Both the position numbers and the translations under genes were made by a program. From an uncultured candidatus Porisulfidus sp. (lineage in GTDB: Bacteria; Pseudomonadota; Gammaproteobacteria; Poriferisulfidales; Poriferisulfidaceae), in the NCBI GenBank assembly GCA_965199755.1, contig CBDASZ010000001.1, positions 192,001 through 256,000 of the forward strand: a stretch of 64,000 bases of DNA, given 5' to 3'. The stretch's first letter is position 1, and each line of letters opens with the position of its first letter. The notes below the pieces were generated by a model, which was given only the letters and a program-made list of their open reading frames with translations, made no database searches and was not told where the DNA came from. Shown here piece after piece: positions 41,261 to 52,201 of the stretch.

Positions 41261-43744
41261 ATGATTGAACGATTGCGCGGCTGGTACGACTGGTTAGTAC
41301 TGGACACTCCCTGGCTTCCGCTGCTGCTGCTGGCGCTTGTCGTCGGTGCGATGGGCACGCAGGTCACGGATTTTCGGCTGGACGCATCAGCCGACTCACT
41401 GCTGTTGGAGGACGACGAAGACCTCCGCTACTACCGAGACAAGGTGGCGAGCTACGGCGGTCAGGATTTTCTGATCATCACGTATCGGCCGCAGGGTCAC
41501 CTGCTGGATGAGGACACGCTGGAGCATATAGAGGCTTTGCGTGAAGACTTGCTGGCGCTGGAAGCGATCGAGGATGTGATCACGATTCTGGACGTGCCGC
41601 TGCTCAATTCTCCGCCGATTGATTTTGCGGAACTGGGCTACATCAACCGAACCTTGCGGTATACGGATGTGGATCGGAAGCTGGCGTTTGACGAGTTCCG
41701 CACCAGCCCGTTCTATCAAAACATGCTGTCGAGCTCAGACGGCAAGACCACCGCGCTAATCGCATTTCTGCCAACCGATGAAGTGGCTGATGAATTACTG
41801 CGTGAGCGCACCGAGTTGCGTGATGCGCACCGCGCGGGCACGTTGGACGAAGAAGGGCAGCAACAACTGACTGAGGTGTCCAACCGCTACGCGGATCATC
41901 AGGCGGCCGCCTCCGAGCGGCGTACTGAAAACATTGCCGCGGTTCGCGCGATTCTGGATCGCCACCGCGACCACGCCCGCATCTTTCTCGGCGGCATCTC
42001 CATGATCGCCTCCGACATGATCGATTTCATTGATAACGATCTGAAGGTTTTCGGGACCACTGTGTTTGTGTTTCTGATTGGCATGCTGGCGGTGATCTTT
42101 CGGCGGCTTCGCTGGATCGTTCTGCCGCTGATGGGTTGCGCGGCCTCGGTGGTGTTAATGATGGGCTTGCTGTCGCTGTCGCGCTGGCCGGTGACGGTGA
42201 TCTCCTCAAACTTCGTGTCGCTACTTTTGATCATCACCATGTCGATGACGATTCATCTGGTGGTGCGTTTTCGTGAACTGCAGGCACTGGAGCCGGAAGG
42301 CCGCCCGCGTGAACTGGTCGGGCGCGCGGTGCACTTCATGTTCACACCGATTCTCTACAGCGCGCTCACCACCATGGTGGCGTTCACTTCGCTGCTGGTT
42401 TCCGGCATTCGCCCGGTGATTGACTTCGGTTACATGATGACGGCGGGAATCGCCATGGCGCTGGCGGTGATTTTTCTGCTGTTCCCGGCGCTGGTCGCGC
42501 TGCTTCCTCGAGTACAAGGTGAAGAGCGCGACTTCACGCGCGGTGTCACACTGGCGTTTGCGCGCTTCACGGAACGTCGGCGCAAAAGCATTCTGGCGGC
42601 GGCGGCAGGGCTGGCCGTCTTCGGCGCGCTGGGCGCGAACCAACTGGACGTCGAGAACCGGTTCATTGATTACTTCGAGCCTGAGACGGAAATTCATCAG
42701 GGCATGCTGGAGATCGACCGCCACCTGGGCGGCACCACCACGCTGGATATTATTCTGGAGGCCGATCCCGATTGGCAGCCGGTCTTTGAAGATGAATTTG
42801 CCGAGGAGGATGATTTCTACGCCGAGTTTGGAGATGTGGAGGAAGAGCCGGAGAGTTACTGGTTCAACACATTGCGCTTGCAGGAATTGCGGCGCATCCA
42901 TGACTGGCTGGAAGCGCAGCCGGAAACCGGCAAGGTTCTGTCTCTGGACACCATTATCCGCATGGCGGAAAGCGTCAACGATGGTGAGCCGTTGGACGAT
43001 CTGAAGATCGGCCTGTTGCGCGAAGGGCTGTCGCATCTGGACGAAGACATGCAGGATGTTCTGGTGTCGCCTTATTTGTCGCAGGACGGCAATACACTGC
43101 GAATCCAGTTGCGCGTGATTGACTCGGATCCCGAATTGCGTCGCGCCGAGTTGCTGGAGCGCGTGGAGACATTCTTGCGCGAGGAAATGTCCTACGGCGA
43201 AGATCGTTTCCGGCTGAGCGGGCTGTTGGTGCTCTACAACAACATGCTGCAAAGTCTGTTCGCCTCACAGATCCAGACCATTGGCTTTGTCTTTCTGGCG
43301 ATTCTGGGCATGTTTCTGGTGCTGTTTCGCTCATTGCGTCTGGCGCTGATCGCGATCTTGCCGAACATGCTGCCGGCGCTGCTGGTGCTGGGTGTGATGG
43401 GGTGGCTGGGTGTACCTCTGGACCTGATGACCATCACGATTGCGGCCATTAGTGTCGGGATCGCGGTGGACAACACCATTCATTACATTGTGCGGTTCCG
43501 CAGGGAGTTTCCTCAGGATCGGGATTATCTGGCCGCCATGCGTCGCTGCCACGGTAGCATTGGCCGCGCCATGTACTACACCTCGCTGACTATCGTGGTG
43601 GGCTTTTCGATTCTGATGCTGTCGAACTTCACGCCGACCTTTTACTTCGGCCTGTTCACCTCGTTCGCCATGCTGACCGCGCTGGTCGCGTCACTGGCCT
43701 TGTTGCCGGCGATGCTGCTGACCTTGCGTCCATTGGGTCGTTGA
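41261..43744 (+). CDS. MMPL/RND-family transporter
   Basis: Two RND repeats, LDASADSLL, GIAVDNTIHY, about 12 TM segments. Confidence 0.85.
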   Translation: MIERLRGWYDWLVLDTPWLPLLLLALVVGAMGTQVTDFRLDASADSLLLEDDEDLRYYRDKVASYGGQDFLIITYRPQGHLLDEDTLEHIEALREDLLALEAIEDVITILDVPLLNSPPIDFAELGYINRTLRYTDVDRKLAFDEFRTSPFYQNMLSSSDGKTTALIAFLPTDEVADELLRERTELRDAHRAGTLDEEGQQQLTEVSNRYADHQAAASERRTENIAAVRAILDRHRDHARIFLGGISMIASDMIDFIDNDLKVFGTTVFVFLIGMLAVIFRRLRWIVLPLMGCAASVVLMMGLLSLSRWPVTVISSNFVSLLLIITMSMTIHLVVRFRELQALEPEGRPRELVGRAVHFMFTPILYSALTTMVAFTSLLVSGIRPVIDFGYMMTAGIAMALAVIFLLFPALVALLPRVQGEERDFTRGVTLAFARFTERRRKSILAAAAGLAVFGALGANQLDVENRFIDYFEPETEIHQGMLEIDRHLGGTTTLDIILEADPDWQPVFEDEFAEEDDFYAEFGDVEEEPESYWFNTLRLQELRRIHDWLEAQPETGKVLSLDTIIRMAESVNDGEPLDDLKIGLLREGLSHLDEDMQDVLVSPYLSQDGNTLRIQLRVIDSDPELRRAELLERVETFLREEMSYGEDRFRLSGLLVLYNNMLQSLFASQIQTIGFVFLAILGMFLVLFRSLRLALIAILPNMLPALLVLGVMGWLGVPLDLMTITIAAISVGIAVDNTIHYIVRFRREFPQDRDYLAAMRRCHGSIGRAMYYTSLTIVVGFSILMLSNFTPTFYFGLFTSFAMLTALVASLALLPAMLLTLRPLGR

Positions 43745-43810
43745 CGCGGGCGTGTGCATTTTGAACTTCGTGCTCAAGGAAGATAGTGAGGGTGGCAGCT
43801 TGTCTGCGCG

Positions 43811-44187
43811 CTGGATGTGACCATTGATTATTTCCTCATTACCGTGGACGACCGCATCACAGTGACGACCGAAAGGCCTTTGGATTGCCAACCATACGGT
43901 CCACCAGATTGAGGAGGCGCTTCCCAAACTACGGTTCACACTGAGCGTGGATCATCAGGACGGTCCGTGGCGGACTTTGGGCCGACTGCGCTACTACGGC
44001 AAGCATTTCAACTATCACGCCAATCAATCAGCCTGAGTTCCCGCAGTCCGTGGATGCCCGTTTCCTGTTTGACGTGGATCCCTCGAAGAACGCTTATGCG
44101 TCAATTCTGGGTTCCGAATACCCGGGAAACTCCGTCGTTGATTTCAACGGCGGCTTCTACTACGCCAAGGCCACCTTTGAGTTTTGA
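43811..44187 (+). pseudogene. TonB-dependent receptor relic (C-terminal barrel fragments)
   Basis: Three frames give LDVTIDYFLITVDDRI, IEEALPKLRFTLSVDHQDGPWRTLGRLRYYG and ..YPGNSVVDFNGGFYYAKATFEF* (terminal Phe beta-signal). Confidence 0.68.
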
Positions 44188-44199
44188 GCCGACGCTGAT

Positions 44200-44475
44200 C
44201 TAGTCGGTATCAGGGAAGGAGTAATAGCGCGCGTTGAGATACGTGCGCATTACGCTGATTTCCTCGTCATTCCAGGACAATGGCACGCCGCGTTGGCAAT
44301 GATCAATGCGTGCGTGCAACTGTTTTAAATCGCGCACCAGTCCGCGATCACTGCGATAAAGTACCGCGCCCTCGCCGCCGGTGATGCGCGCATGACAGCC
44401 AGCGCAGTGGCTCTGATGTAAACTCTCCGCATCAAACCCGGACGCTCCGGGTGACAACAGCAGCGCTGCGAGCAA
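44200..44475 (-). CDS. Small monoheme cytochrome c, possible His/Cys ligation
   Basis: CAGCH heme motif after a short hydrophobic leader; distal HC..W.DEE...YLNARYY.F; start uncertain (TTG at 44475). Confidence 0.75.
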   Translation of the reverse strand: MLAALLLSPGASGFDAESLHQSHCAGCHARITGGEGAVLYRSDRGLVRDLKQLHARIDHCQRGVPLSWNDEEISVMRTYLNARYYSFPDTD

Positions 44476-44491
44476 TATTCCGCACTTAGCT

Positions 44492-45055
44492 ATGCCTTCC
44501 GAACACAACTTGATCTGGCTGGACCTGGAGATGACCGGGCTGGACCCGGATTCAGATCGTATTCTGGAGATCGCCACAGTGGTTACGGATTCAGAGCTGC
44601 GCCCGCTTGCGACCGGCCCGGAACTGGTCATTCATCAGTCGCGGGAATGTCTGGACGCCATGGATGAATGGAATCAGCGCCAGCATGGCGGCTCCGGCCT
44701 GATCGAGGCGGTGCTGCAGTCGCAGTGCAGTGAGACGGATGCGCAGCAGCAAACCCTGGAGTTTCTGCGCCAGCATGTCCCCGCTGGTGCCTCGCCGATG
44801 TGTGGCAACAGCATTTGCATGGATCGGCGTTTTCTGGTGCGCTGGATGCCGGAGTTGGCGCAATATTTTCATTATCGCAACCTTGATGTCAGTACGCTCA
44901 AGGAGCTGACGCACCGCTGGGCCCCAGCGCTGGCGGAGGCCATGCCGCCGAAAGGACAGTCGCATCGAGCGTTGCAGGACATTGAAGATTCAATTCGCGA
45001 ACTGGAGTATTACCGCCGGCATTTTATGGCTTCGGCTTACGCCGGCAATTCCTGA
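44492..45055 (+). CDS. orn: Oligoribonuclease
   Basis: [41 protein letters not shown]. Confidence 0.97.
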   Translation: MPSEHNLIWLDLEMTGLDPDSDRILEIATVVTDSELRPLATGPELVIHQSRECLDAMDEWNQRQHGGSGLIEAVLQSQCSETDAQQQTLEFLRQHVPAGASPMCGNSICMDRRFLVRWMPELAQYFHYRNLDVSTLKELTHRWAPALAEAMPPKGQSHRALQDIEDSIRELEYYRRHFMASAYAGNS

Positions 45056-46641
45056 GACGTCTTCTCAGGGTGCAGCACTGTGTCTTGCGGGGTCGCTCGT
45101 GTTTCATCCTTGCCGGGGAAATCCAGCGTGTAATGCAGTCCACGGCTTTCGTGCCGTGCCAATGCGCAGCGGATAATCAATTCCGCGATCTGGGCCAGAT
45201 TGCGCAGTTCAATCAAATCGCGTGTGACCCGGAAGTCCCGGTAGTACTCATCGATTTCTTCTTGCAGCATGGTGCAGCGGCGTTGCGCGCGCTCCAACCG
45301 TTTGGTGGTGCGCACAATGCCGACGTAATCCCACATAAACCGGCGCAGTTCGTCCCAGTTGTGTGATACCACCACCTCTTCATCAGAGTCCGACACCTGA
45401 CTCTCGTCCCATGGCACAACTTCGGGCGGAGGGGTCGCTGTATCCAGAGCCGCATTGATATGGTGGCTGGCGGCATGACCGAACACCAGGCATTCCAGCA
45501 GGGAGTTGCTGGCCATGCGGTTGGCACCATGCAGTCCGGTATGCGCAATCTCTCCGATGGCGTACAGCCCCGGGAGATCGGTGCAGCCGTCCAGATCGGT
45601 GACTACGCCGCCACAGGTGTAATGGGCAGCCGGCACCACCGGGATCGGCTGGCGGGTAATGTCAATGTCGTATTCCAGACAGCGCGCGTACGCATTGGGG
45701 AATGATTGCCGGATGGTCGCGGAGGGCTCATGGCTGATGTCCAGATGCACGTAATCCAGTCCCAGCCGCTTCATTTCATAGTCGATGGCACGGGCCACGA
45801 TGTCGCGTGGTGCCAGAGCGCCGCGTTCATCGAAGCGGTGCATGAACTCATCGCCGCTGGGTAGCCGCAGCCGCGCGCCTTCGCCGCGCAGCGCCTCCGT
45901 CACCAGAAACGAACGGGCCCGATGGTCGTACAGGCAGGTCGGGTGAAACTGAATGAATTCCATGTTGGCGACGCGTACGCCAGCGCGCCAGGCCATGGCC
46001 AGACCATCGCCGGAGGAGGTATCCGGGTTGGAGGTGTAGAGGTAGACCTTGCTGCAGCCGCCGGTGGCCAGCACCACGCAACGGGCACGAAAGGTGTCAA
46101 TCGAGCCGGTATGGGTGTTTTTGCCATAAAACCCGACACAGCGACGTTCTCCGGCCTGTTCCGAGACAATCAGATCAATCGCAATGCGGTGGCTCATCAG
46201 TCGGATATTGGAGCGCTGGGCGACCTGGGCCAGCAGCGATTCCTGGATACTGCGTCCGGTGTGGTCGGCGACGTGCGCGACCCGGCGCTGCGTATGTCCG
46301 CCTTCTTTGGTCAGGTGCAGTTGCCCGGATGGCGGATAAGGTGTGAAGTCGACGCCTTGACGTTGCAGCCAGTGGATCATGTCGCGGCCCCGGTCGGCGA
46401 CATGCTGCACCACCGCTTTCTGGCACAAACCATCTCCGGAATCCAGAGTGTCCGCGACATGCGTCTCAATACTGTCGGAGTCGCCGAGCACCGCGGCAAT
46501 GCCGCCTTGCGCGTACGCGGTGGAACTCTCGAACGGGTTTTCCTTGCACAAAACGGTGATGCGCAAGGAGGGATCCAGTTCAAGCGCAGTGCACAGACCA
46601 GCAGCACCCGCTCCCAAAATCAGAACATCAGTGTCGTACAT
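45037..46641 (-). CDS. nadB: L-aspartate oxidase
   Basis: [46 protein letters not shown]; divergent from rpoE. Confidence 0.96.
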   Translation of the reverse strand: MYDTDVLILGAGAAGLCTALELDPSLRITVLCKENPFESSTAYAQGGIAAVLGDSDSIETHVADTLDSGDGLCQKAVVQHVADRGRDMIHWLQRQGVDFTPYPPSGQLHLTKEGGHTQRRVAHVADHTGRSIQESLLAQVAQRSNIRLMSHRIAIDLIVSEQAGERRCVGFYGKNTHTGSIDTFRARCVVLATGGCSKVYLYTSNPDTSSGDGLAMAWRAGVRVANMEFIQFHPTCLYDHRARSFLVTEALRGEGARLRLPSGDEFMHRFDERGALAPRDIVARAIDYEMKRLGLDYVHLDISHEPSATIRQSFPNAYARCLEYDIDITRQPIPVVPAAHYTCGGVVTDLDGCTDLPGLYAIGEIAHTGLHGANRMASNSLLECLVFGHAASHHINAALDTATPPPEVVPWDESQVSDSDEEVVVSHNWDELRRFMWDYVGIVRTTKRLERAQRRCTMLQEEIDEYYRDFRVTRDLIELRNLAQIAELIIRCALARHESRGLHYTLDFPGKDETRATPQDTVLHPEKTSQELPA

Positions 46642-46760
46642 GAGGCAAATTATGTCCCAAAACCCGCAAGTGGACAATCACCCTGTGCTGGTAGGGCGCA
46701 TTCGGTGCGTGCCTGATGCGGTCGCGGCACGCAAACCTTTATAATGTGAGCGACCCTCTG

Positions 46761-46788
46761 GGAACTTGCATGACTAGTTCGGGTCTTA
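46761..46788 (+). promoter_or_regulatory. Sigma-E (RpoE/AlgU) autoregulatory promoter
   Basis: GGAACTT-16 nt-TCTTA, 44 bp upstream of the rpoE ATG. Confidence 0.72.
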
Positions 46789-46832
46789 CCTCAAGATGCG
46801 ACGAACAAGGCAGTCAGAGAACGGCCAGACTA

Positions 46833-47405
46833 ATGAGCGACAAGAGTGACCGGGTACTGGTTCGCCGCGCCAAAGCCGGAGAGATCAATGCCTTTGATGT
46901 ATTGGTCGAAAAATACCAAAATCGCATCCTGCACCTGGCGGCGCGCTATGTCTCCGATCAGGCCGCAGTGCACGACATTGCTCAGGAAACCTTTATCAGC
47001 GCGTGGCGCGGTCTGGGCGGTTTCCATGGTCGCAGCCAGTTTTACACCTGGCTGTTCCGCATCGCCGTCAACACCTCCAAGAATTATCTGGCGAAGCAGC
47101 GCCGCAGAAAAGAGCAGCCGCTTCCGGGAGACGAGGAAGACGGGCCATCCTTGGAGGAGTCGCTGCCGGATTACAGCACGCCCCTGCAGGAGGTGGAAGC
47201 GGCCGATATTGAAGCGGCAGTGAACAAAGCCATCTCTGAATTGTCAGAAGAATTGCGCGTCGCTATCACGCTGCGGGAATTGGAATTGATGAGTTACGAC
47301 GAAATCGCCTACATCATGAAGTGCCCGGTGGGTACTGTGCGGTCACGGATTTTCCGGGCGCGCGAGGTGATTGATGAGAAAATTCGACCTCTGCTGGAAG
47401 CATGA
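46833..47405 (+). CDS. rpoE: ECF sigma factor RpoE
   Basis: AFDVLV.KYQ, FYTWLFRIAVNT.KNYL, SYDEIA.IM.CPVGTVRSRIFRARE. Confidence 0.95.
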   Translation: MSDKSDRVLVRRAKAGEINAFDVLVEKYQNRILHLAARYVSDQAAVHDIAQETFISAWRGLGGFHGRSQFYTWLFRIAVNTSKNYLAKQRRRKEQPLPGDEEDGPSLEESLPDYSTPLQEVEAADIEAAVNKAISELSEELRVAITLRELELMSYDEIAYIMKCPVGTVRSRIFRAREVIDEKIRPLLEA

Positions 47406-47977
47406 GATTCGAGGAGGAAGCCCCCATGAAGGAAATGCCTGAAAAAGAAATGCCAGACGAGTGGATTTCCGCATATCTGGACGATGAAATGTCGCCGCTG
47501 CAGCGCCATCGTGGCGTGCAGGAATTATGCCGCGACCAGGACGCACGTGATCGCCTCGGACGCTACCAGTTGATCGGCGACGCCATTCGCTACGATTTGC
47601 CGGAACATCTGGAGCCGCGCTTCGCAATGCAGATGCGCGATGCGGTGAAAGCGGAGGTGGCGCAGTCGCATGAACCGCCGCACTGGAGTATTGAGCGCTT
47701 CTTCTACTGGATTTTGCATCCGGGCCCGAAAGTGGCGTTCGCCAGCGTCGCCGCCGTCGCACTGATGGTAGGGCTGTGGGGAATGGCCGGATTGCTGGAG
47801 GAAAGCAAGCAGATGACGGCGTACACCACTACCATCGTGGAGCCGGAACTGGTGCACAGTAAAGATGTCATCAAGGAACATCATCGCGCCGTACAGTTGT
47901 ATCTGGCAACGCATGCCGAATACGCCGCGCCGCAGGCGATGTTGCCGTACCTGCAATTGGTGGACTATGGAGACTAA
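47402..47977 (+). CDS. rseA: Anti-sigma factor RseA/MucA
   Basis: ISAYLDDE, RYQLIGDAIR, one TM segment, YL..H.EY. Confidence 0.88.
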   Translation: MRFEEEAPMKEMPEKEMPDEWISAYLDDEMSPLQRHRGVQELCRDQDARDRLGRYQLIGDAIRYDLPEHLEPRFAMQMRDAVKAEVAQSHEPPHWSIERFFYWILHPGPKVAFASVAAVALMVGLWGMAGLLEESKQMTAYTTTIVEPELVHSKDVIKEHHRAVQLYLATHAEYAAPQAMLPYLQLVDYGD

Positions 47978-48941
47978 GGTCCTGTACGCGGGACTGCTCG
48001 GGATCGCTCTGGCGATGCCGGCGGCGGCCGATGAAGCTCTGGTCGCATGGGTGGAGCGGGCGCAAGAGGCATCGCAACGCGCCAACTATAGCGGCACACT
48101 GGCCTTGATGCGCGGCGAGAAATTGCGCGTGCTGGAAGTCCGTCAAGGCTTTGACGGCGAACGCCGCATGCGCTACCTGCGCTCGGTGTCCGGCCCGCAA
48201 ATCGAATTCTTGAGATTGGGCACCGCCAGCCGCGTGGTGTACCCAACCCACAAACTGGTGATTCAGGGTGTTGGGGCCGGCGGGCCTGCCGGCGCGGTTC
48301 TGGCGCGACTCGATGAGAGCATGCAACACGTGCCGGAGCACTACGAACTGCACGACCAAGGCGTCGAGCAGGTGGCCGGGCGCAACTGCCGCCACGTGCG
48401 TTTTATGCCGCGCGATCACTATCGCTATGGCTGTGATTTGTGCGTCGATCAACTGTCCGGTTTGTTGCTGCAGGCGCGCGTGCTGTCGCCGGAGGGTGAG
48501 ATGCTGGAGCAGTTCTCGTTTACGTCCATGGAACTGCATGAGGCGTTTTCAGACTTTTCCTCCGAAAGTTTCAAGTTGCGAACCGACATGAGAGGCTTTG
48601 CGCGCAAACAGTTGCCGCATGACGCGCAGCCGGCCAGCGCGCAATGGCAGGTGCAGGAGATGCCGCCAGGCTTTGCGGTTCGCCAGACCATGGCGCGCAA
48701 GCGAGGCGAGGACGAGCAGCCGATGCTGCACATGGTAGTGTCGGACGCGCTGTCCCGGGTGTCAGTGTTCATCGAAGGCGTGCCTGTGCACCTTCCGATC
48801 AGCCGGGCGCGGGAGCACTTCATTCGCCACGCGCATCACGGCTATATGACGACGCGCGACGGTTATCTCATCACTGTAGTTGGCAATGCGCCCTTCGAGA
48901 CGGTGCGAATGATCGCGGACTCCCTGAGGCGGAATCCATGA
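47967..48941 (+). CDS. rseB: RseB/MucB periplasmic regulator
   Basis: NYSGT, VAGRNC, PRDHYRYG, LEQFSFT, SDALSRVSVFIE. Confidence 0.9.
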   Translation: METKVLYAGLLGIALAMPAAADEALVAWVERAQEASQRANYSGTLALMRGEKLRVLEVRQGFDGERRMRYLRSVSGPQIEFLRLGTASRVVYPTHKLVIQGVGAGGPAGAVLARLDESMQHVPEHYELHDQGVEQVAGRNCRHVRFMPRDHYRYGCDLCVDQLSGLLLQARVLSPEGEMLEQFSFTSMELHEAFSDFSSESFKLRTDMRGFARKQLPHDAQPASAQWQVQEMPPGFAVRQTMARKRGEDEQPMLHMVVSDALSRVSVFIEGVPVHLPISRAREHFIRHAHHGYMTTRDGYLITVVGNAPFETVRMIADSLRRNP

Positions 48942-50389
48942 ATACCAGGCGGGTGTCTCATGCCCGCGGCACGCGACTCCTGGTAGCAGGATTCGCGGGA
49001 ACCTTTCTGGCGCTCTCGGCGACTTCCGCGACAGCGCGGGATCTGCCGGATTTCAGCGAGCTGATTGAGAGGCACGCGCCAGTGGTGGTCAACATCACCA
49101 CGTTTGAAGCCGCCAAGGATTCACAGAAAAGCGAGCGCGCGCAGCCAGATAATCTGCCAGAGGATATGCCGGACTTCTTTCGGAGATTCTTCGAGCAGAT
49201 GCCGAACCAGCCCCGGTCGCCGCGCCCGCGTTCAGGTACCGGATCAGGACTAATCTACTCGGAAGACGGCTACATAGTGACCAACCACCACGTGGTGGAC
49301 GGCGCGGACAAAGTCATTGTCAAATTAAGCGATCGGCGTGAGTTCACCGCCGAACGAGTGGGGTCCGATCCACGCAGCGATCTGGCCCTGCTGAAGATTG
49401 ACGCCAGTGGCCTCCCCACAGCGCGGCTCGGCAACTCGGAACAGTTGAAAGTCGGACAGTGGGTGTTGGCGATCGGCTCGCCGTTTGGATTCGAGCATTC
49501 AGCCACGGTGGGCATTGTCAGCGCCAAGGGCCGCAGCCTGCCGAGCGAAAACTACATCCCGTTTATCCAGACCGACGTGGCCATCAATCCGGGCAATTCC
49601 GGCGGGCCGCTGTTTGACCTGGACGGCAATGTGGTGGGCATCAACGCGCAGATCTACACCCGCACCGGCGGTTTCATGGGCCTGTCTTTTGCGATCCCGA
49701 TCGATATTGTGTCGGAGGTAATCGCACAGATCCGTGCGGAAGGGCGCGTCGCGCGCGGCTGGCTCGGCGTATACATTCAGGAAATCACGCGCGATCTGGC
49801 CCAATCCTTTGGTATGGACCACCCGATGGGCGCGCTGGTCTCTTCCATTACAGAAGACAGCCCCGCGGCGGATTCCGACCTTGAGGTCGGTGACATTATT
49901 GTCGAGTTCGAAGGGCGCGAGGTAGAAAGTTCCAATACCTTGCCGCCAATGGTGGGGCAGACCCAGCCGGGCAAGGAAGTCACCCTGAAAGTGTTGCGTG
50001 GCGGTGAGTACAAGAACATTAAAGTGACGCTTGGCGAATTGCCGGATAGCGAGCAGGGGATGGCGGCACCGGGATCTGATGATGAGGACAGCGATGCCCT
50101 CGATGACCTGGGCATGACGCTGGGCGAATTGACCGCCGAAGAGCGCAAACGCTTTGAGGATGGCGGCGTGCGGGTGCGGGAAGTCACCGGAGACCCGGCG
50201 CGTTCCGCAGGCATTTTGCGCGGCGATGTCATCCAGATGTTTGCCGGCAAGAAGATCGAGAATCTGGAGGGTTTTCGTGCCGCGGTCAAGGACATGGAAA
50301 TCGACCGTCCGCAACCGGTTCTGGTGTTGCGATCGCAGGGACCGCGCTGGCTGGCGCTGCCACCGACCCCTGAGTCATCTGACGAATAG
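48938..50389 (+). CDS. mucD: DegP/MucD-type serine protease with two PDZ domains
   Basis: TNHHV, DLALLK, FIQTDVAINPGNSGGPL; PDZ domains. Confidence 0.9.
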   Translation: MNTRRVSHARGTRLLVAGFAGTFLALSATSATARDLPDFSELIERHAPVVVNITTFEAAKDSQKSERAQPDNLPEDMPDFFRRFFEQMPNQPRSPRPRSGTGSGLIYSEDGYIVTNHHVVDGADKVIVKLSDRREFTAERVGSDPRSDLALLKIDASGLPTARLGNSEQLKVGQWVLAIGSPFGFEHSATVGIVSAKGRSLPSENYIPFIQTDVAINPGNSGGPLFDLDGNVVGINAQIYTRTGGFMGLSFAIPIDIVSEVIAQIRAEGRVARGWLGVYIQEITRDLAQSFGMDHPMGALVSSITEDSPAADSDLEVGDIIVEFEGREVESSNTLPPMVGQTQPGKEVTLKVLRGGEYKNIKVTLGELPDSEQGMAAPGSDDEDSDALDDLGMTLGELTAEERKRFEDGGVRVREVTGDPARSAGILRGDVIQMFAGKKIENLEGFRAAVKDMEIDRPQPVLVLRSQGPRWLALPPTPESSDE

Positions 50390-50392
50390 ATC

Positions 50393-52201
50393 GTGCCTGA
50401 AACGTCTGCGCAAAGTCGCATTCGCAACTTTGCCATCATCGCCCACATCGATCACGGAAAGTCTACGCTGGCGGACCGCTTCATCGAGTTGTGTGGCGCG
50501 GTGTCCGCGCGCGAGATGAGCAGCCAGGTGCTGGACGACATGGAGTTGGAGCGGGAACGCGGCATCACTATCAAGGCGCGCAGCGTCGCGCTGGACTATC
50601 AGGCTGAAGATGGCGAGAGCTACCGGCTGAATCTGATTGACACCCCCGGCCACGTTGACTTCTCTTATGAGGTGTCGCGCTCGCTCGCTGCATGTGAGGG
50701 AGGATTGCTGGTGGTCGATGCCTCACAGGGTGTGGAAGCGCAGACTTTGGCGAATTGCTACAGTGCGCTGGAACAGGACCTCGTGATTGTTCCAGTGCTC
50801 AACAAAATGGATCTACCGCAGGCGGATGCCGAGCGCGTGTGCGGGGAGATTGAAGAGATTATCGGGCTGCCGGCCGATGACGCCATTGCGATCAGCGCCA
50901 AAACAGGCGAGGGAGTCCCGGGTGTTCTGGAACGTCTGGTGCAGGAGATTCCGCCGCCGCAGGGCGATCCCGACGGGCCTCTGCAGGCATTGATTATCGA
51001 TTCCTGGTTCGACAGCTACATTGGCGTGGTGTCTTTGGTGCGCGTGTTCTCAGGACGCCTCAAGGCCGGCGCTCGCGTGACCGTCATGTCCACCGGGCAG
51101 AGTTATCGTGTGGAATCGCTGGGTTGGTACGCCCCGCAGGCGCACAAAACCGACGAACTGCAATGCGGACAGGTCGGGTTCGTGGTGGCTGGAATCCGGG
51201 ATATTGAGGGCGCTCCGGTGGGCGACACATTGACGCATGATCGGCGCGGCGCGGAGGAGGCGCTGGCCGGCTTTCAAGTGGTGCAGCCGAAAGTGTTCGC
51301 GGGGCTGTTTCCGGTCAATTCGGATGATTATGAGCAGTTGCGCGACGCACTGGGCAAACTGCGGCTCAATGACGCGGCGTTCAGTTACGAGCCGGAGACC
51401 TCAAAAGCACTGGGCTTCGGATTTCGCTGCGGCTTTCTGGGACTGCTGCACATGGAAATCGTGCAGGAGCGTCTGGAGCGGGAGTATCGGTTGAACCTGC
51501 TGTCGACGGCACCGACCGTGGCGTGCCAGGTGGAACGGGCGGACGGCGAGGTGCTGGAGACCGGTAATCCGAGCCAGTTGCCGGAGTCGCATGAAATTGC
51601 CGAGATTCGAGAACCTTATATTGAGGCCAACATTCTCGTACCGCAGGATCATGTCGGCGCGGTCATCACCTTGTGCGAGGAACGGCGCGGCCGGCAGAAA
51701 CGCCTGCACTACGTTCACAATCAGGTGAGCCTGATGTACCATTTGCCATTGTCCGAGACCGTAACGGACTTCTATGACCGGCTGAAGTCAGTCAGCCGCG
51801 GTTATGCATCTTTTGACTATCAGTTATCGCACTTCGAGGCGGCACCGCTGGTGCGGCTGGATCTGTTGATTAATGGCGAGCGCGTAGATGCATTATCAGT
51901 AATTGTACATCAGTCCCGCGCCATGGCGCTTGGGCGAGACCTGACGCAGCGCATGAAAGACCTGATTCCGCGACAGATGTTTGACGTCGCTATCCAGGCG
52001 GCGATCGGATCACGCATTATCGCGCGCACCACTACCAAGGCTCTGCGCAAGAACGTGACGGCCAAATGCTATGGCGGCGACGTGACGCGCAAGCGCAAAT
52101 TGCTGGAGAAACAGAAGGCCGGCAAGAAACGAATGAAGCGCGTCGGCAATGTGGACATTCCACAGGAAGCGTTTATGGCTATTCTGAAGACCGACTCATG
52201 A
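50393..52201 (+). CDS. lepA: Elongation factor 4
   Basis: [47 protein letters not shown]. Confidence 0.98.
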   Translation: MPETSAQSRIRNFAIIAHIDHGKSTLADRFIELCGAVSAREMSSQVLDDMELERERGITIKARSVALDYQAEDGESYRLNLIDTPGHVDFSYEVSRSLAACEGGLLVVDASQGVEAQTLANCYSALEQDLVIVPVLNKMDLPQADAERVCGEIEEIIGLPADDAIAISAKTGEGVPGVLERLVQEIPPPQGDPDGPLQALIIDSWFDSYIGVVSLVRVFSGRLKAGARVTVMSTGQSYRVESLGWYAPQAHKTDELQCGQVGFVVAGIRDIEGAPVGDTLTHDRRGAEEALAGFQVVQPKVFAGLFPVNSDDYEQLRDALGKLRLNDAAFSYEPETSKALGFGFRCGFLGLLHMEIVQERLEREYRLNLLSTAPTVACQVERADGEVLETGNPSQLPESHEIAEIREPYIEANILVPQDHVGAVITLCEERRGRQKRLHYVHNQVSLMYHLPLSETVTDFYDRLKSVSRGYASFDYQLSHFEAAPLVRLDLLINGERVDALSVIVHQSRAMALGRDLTQRMKDLIPRQMFDVAIQAAIGSRIIARTTTKALRKNVTAKCYGGDVTRKRKLLEKQKAGKKRMKRVGNVDIPQEAFMAILKTDS

